Assembly (NCBI RefSeq): GCF_006345805.1 | Contig: NC_043015.1 | Coordinates: forward strand, 27,776,001-27,840,000 | DNA length: 64,000 nt | DNA from: Octopus sinensis | Taxonomy: Eukaryota | Direction of reading: 5' to 3' | Shown: positions 62,723 through 64,000 of the stretch, in pieces | Layout of the letters: every line of letters starts with the position of its first letter | Numbering within the stretch: position 1 is the first letter of the stretch | Program-made: the position numbers and the translations under genes | Notes under the pieces: model-generated | Database searches by the model: none | What the model saw: only the letters and a program-made list of their open reading frames with translations | Told to the model about the DNA's origin: nothing

Positions 62723-62780
<58 letters not shown>

Positions 62781-62797
62781 ATATTTAATATTTATAT

Positions 62798-62866
<69 letters not shown>

Positions 62867-62867
62867 T

Positions 62868-62899
<32 letters not shown>

Positions 62900-63041
62900 C
62901 ATATATTTATATATATATATACATATATTTATATATATATATACATATATTTATATATATATATACATATATTATATATATATAATATATATATACACAC
63001 ATATATATATATATATATCTATATATATATATATATACATA

Positions 63042-63447
63042 GGCGCATATATACAGTGCTGTGTGGTAAGTAGCTTGCTTACCAGCCATATGGTCCGGGT
63101 TCAGTCCCACTTCGTGGAATCTTGAGCAAGTGTCTTCTGCTTTAGCCTCGGGCCGACCAATGCCTTGTGAGTGAATTTGGTAGACGGAAACTGAAAGAAC
63201 CCTGTCGTGTATATATATATATATGTATGTGTGTATATGTTTGTGTGTCTGTGTTTGTCCCCCAGGCATTGCTTGACAACCGATGCTGGTGTGGTACGTC
63301 CCCGTCACTTAGCGGTTCGGCAAAAGAGACCGATAGAATAAGTACTGGGCTTACAAAGAATAAATCCCGGGTCGATTTGCTCGCTCTAAGGCGGTGCTCC
63401 AGCATGGCCGCAGTCAATGACTGAACAAGTAAGTAAAAGATAAAAGA
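63042..63447 (+). mobile_element. Full-length OR-type tRNA-derived SINE
   Basis: Matches 17908-18326; flanked by (TA)n. Confidence 0.92.
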
Positions 63448-63546
63448 ATATATCACCTATATTTATATATATAAAATATATATATATTAACCTATATATA
63501 TATATAATATATATATACATGTATATATATACATGTATATATATAC

Positions 63547-63579
<33 letters not shown>

Positions 63580-63600
63580 CATATATATACATATATATAT

Positions 63601-63659
<59 letters not shown>

Positions 63660-64000
63660 CCCTCTCTGGCTTCCACGATAATCCAGCGTTTACAATACTT
63701 TTCGTCTGGCGTTAACAGCCCTTCTTATCTTGTTCTCCTTGTCTTGTCTCTCACTGTTATATATTTATTTTTCCACTGTTTATATATATATTTTTTACTG
63801 TTTATATGTTTGTACTGTCGTTACCGTCTTGTTTTTTTACCCCTCTGCGAAAAGATCTCAGAATTTTAATTGATTGCTTTTCGCGGGAAGGAATTTTTCT
63901 TCGAAGTATACGTCTCGCTTTATCCTTCGAAACGTTTAGTAGATGAAATCTTAGCGACTGAAGAAGGGGATTTTTCGTTGTGCTTATTGTCCTGTATCTC

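Overview
Eukaryotic, AT-rich, microsatellite-dense DNA, almost certainly octopus (inferred from the OK/OR-type tRNA-SINEs and the RTE (GAT)n tails). No host protein-coding gene can be supported; the window is a stack of transposable elements. These include at least five R4/Dong-type LINE pieces sitting in (AAT)n tracts, several RTE LINEs and their SINEs, a near-intact 6.2 kb Tx1 LINE inserted in a (TATC)n tract, a 5'-truncated Ty3/Gypsy element with a 3' LTR, a CR1-type LINE, Tc1/mariner relics and many Penelope-like (PLE) fragments. Most listed ORFs are artefacts of simple repeats or antisense frames. Four things stand out. (1) A 1.7 kb ORF1-only 'half-Tx1' element, present as a tandem pair at one apparent target just upstream of a minimal hammerhead motif. 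It shares its ORF1 core and 3' terminus with the autonomous Tx1 in the same window and carries an extra, unrecognised C-terminal domain. (2) A set of type I hammerhead ribozyme motifs with long stem II inserts and 8-nt palindromic stem III; the one at 24018-24133 (minus strand) has a fully canonical core. (3) An RTE LINE ending in three tandem C2H2 zinc fingers. (4) A 30-bp repeat at about 10.4 kb whose variation looks protein-coding. All alignments, translations and folds were done by eye, so element boundaries are approximate unless stated otherwise.
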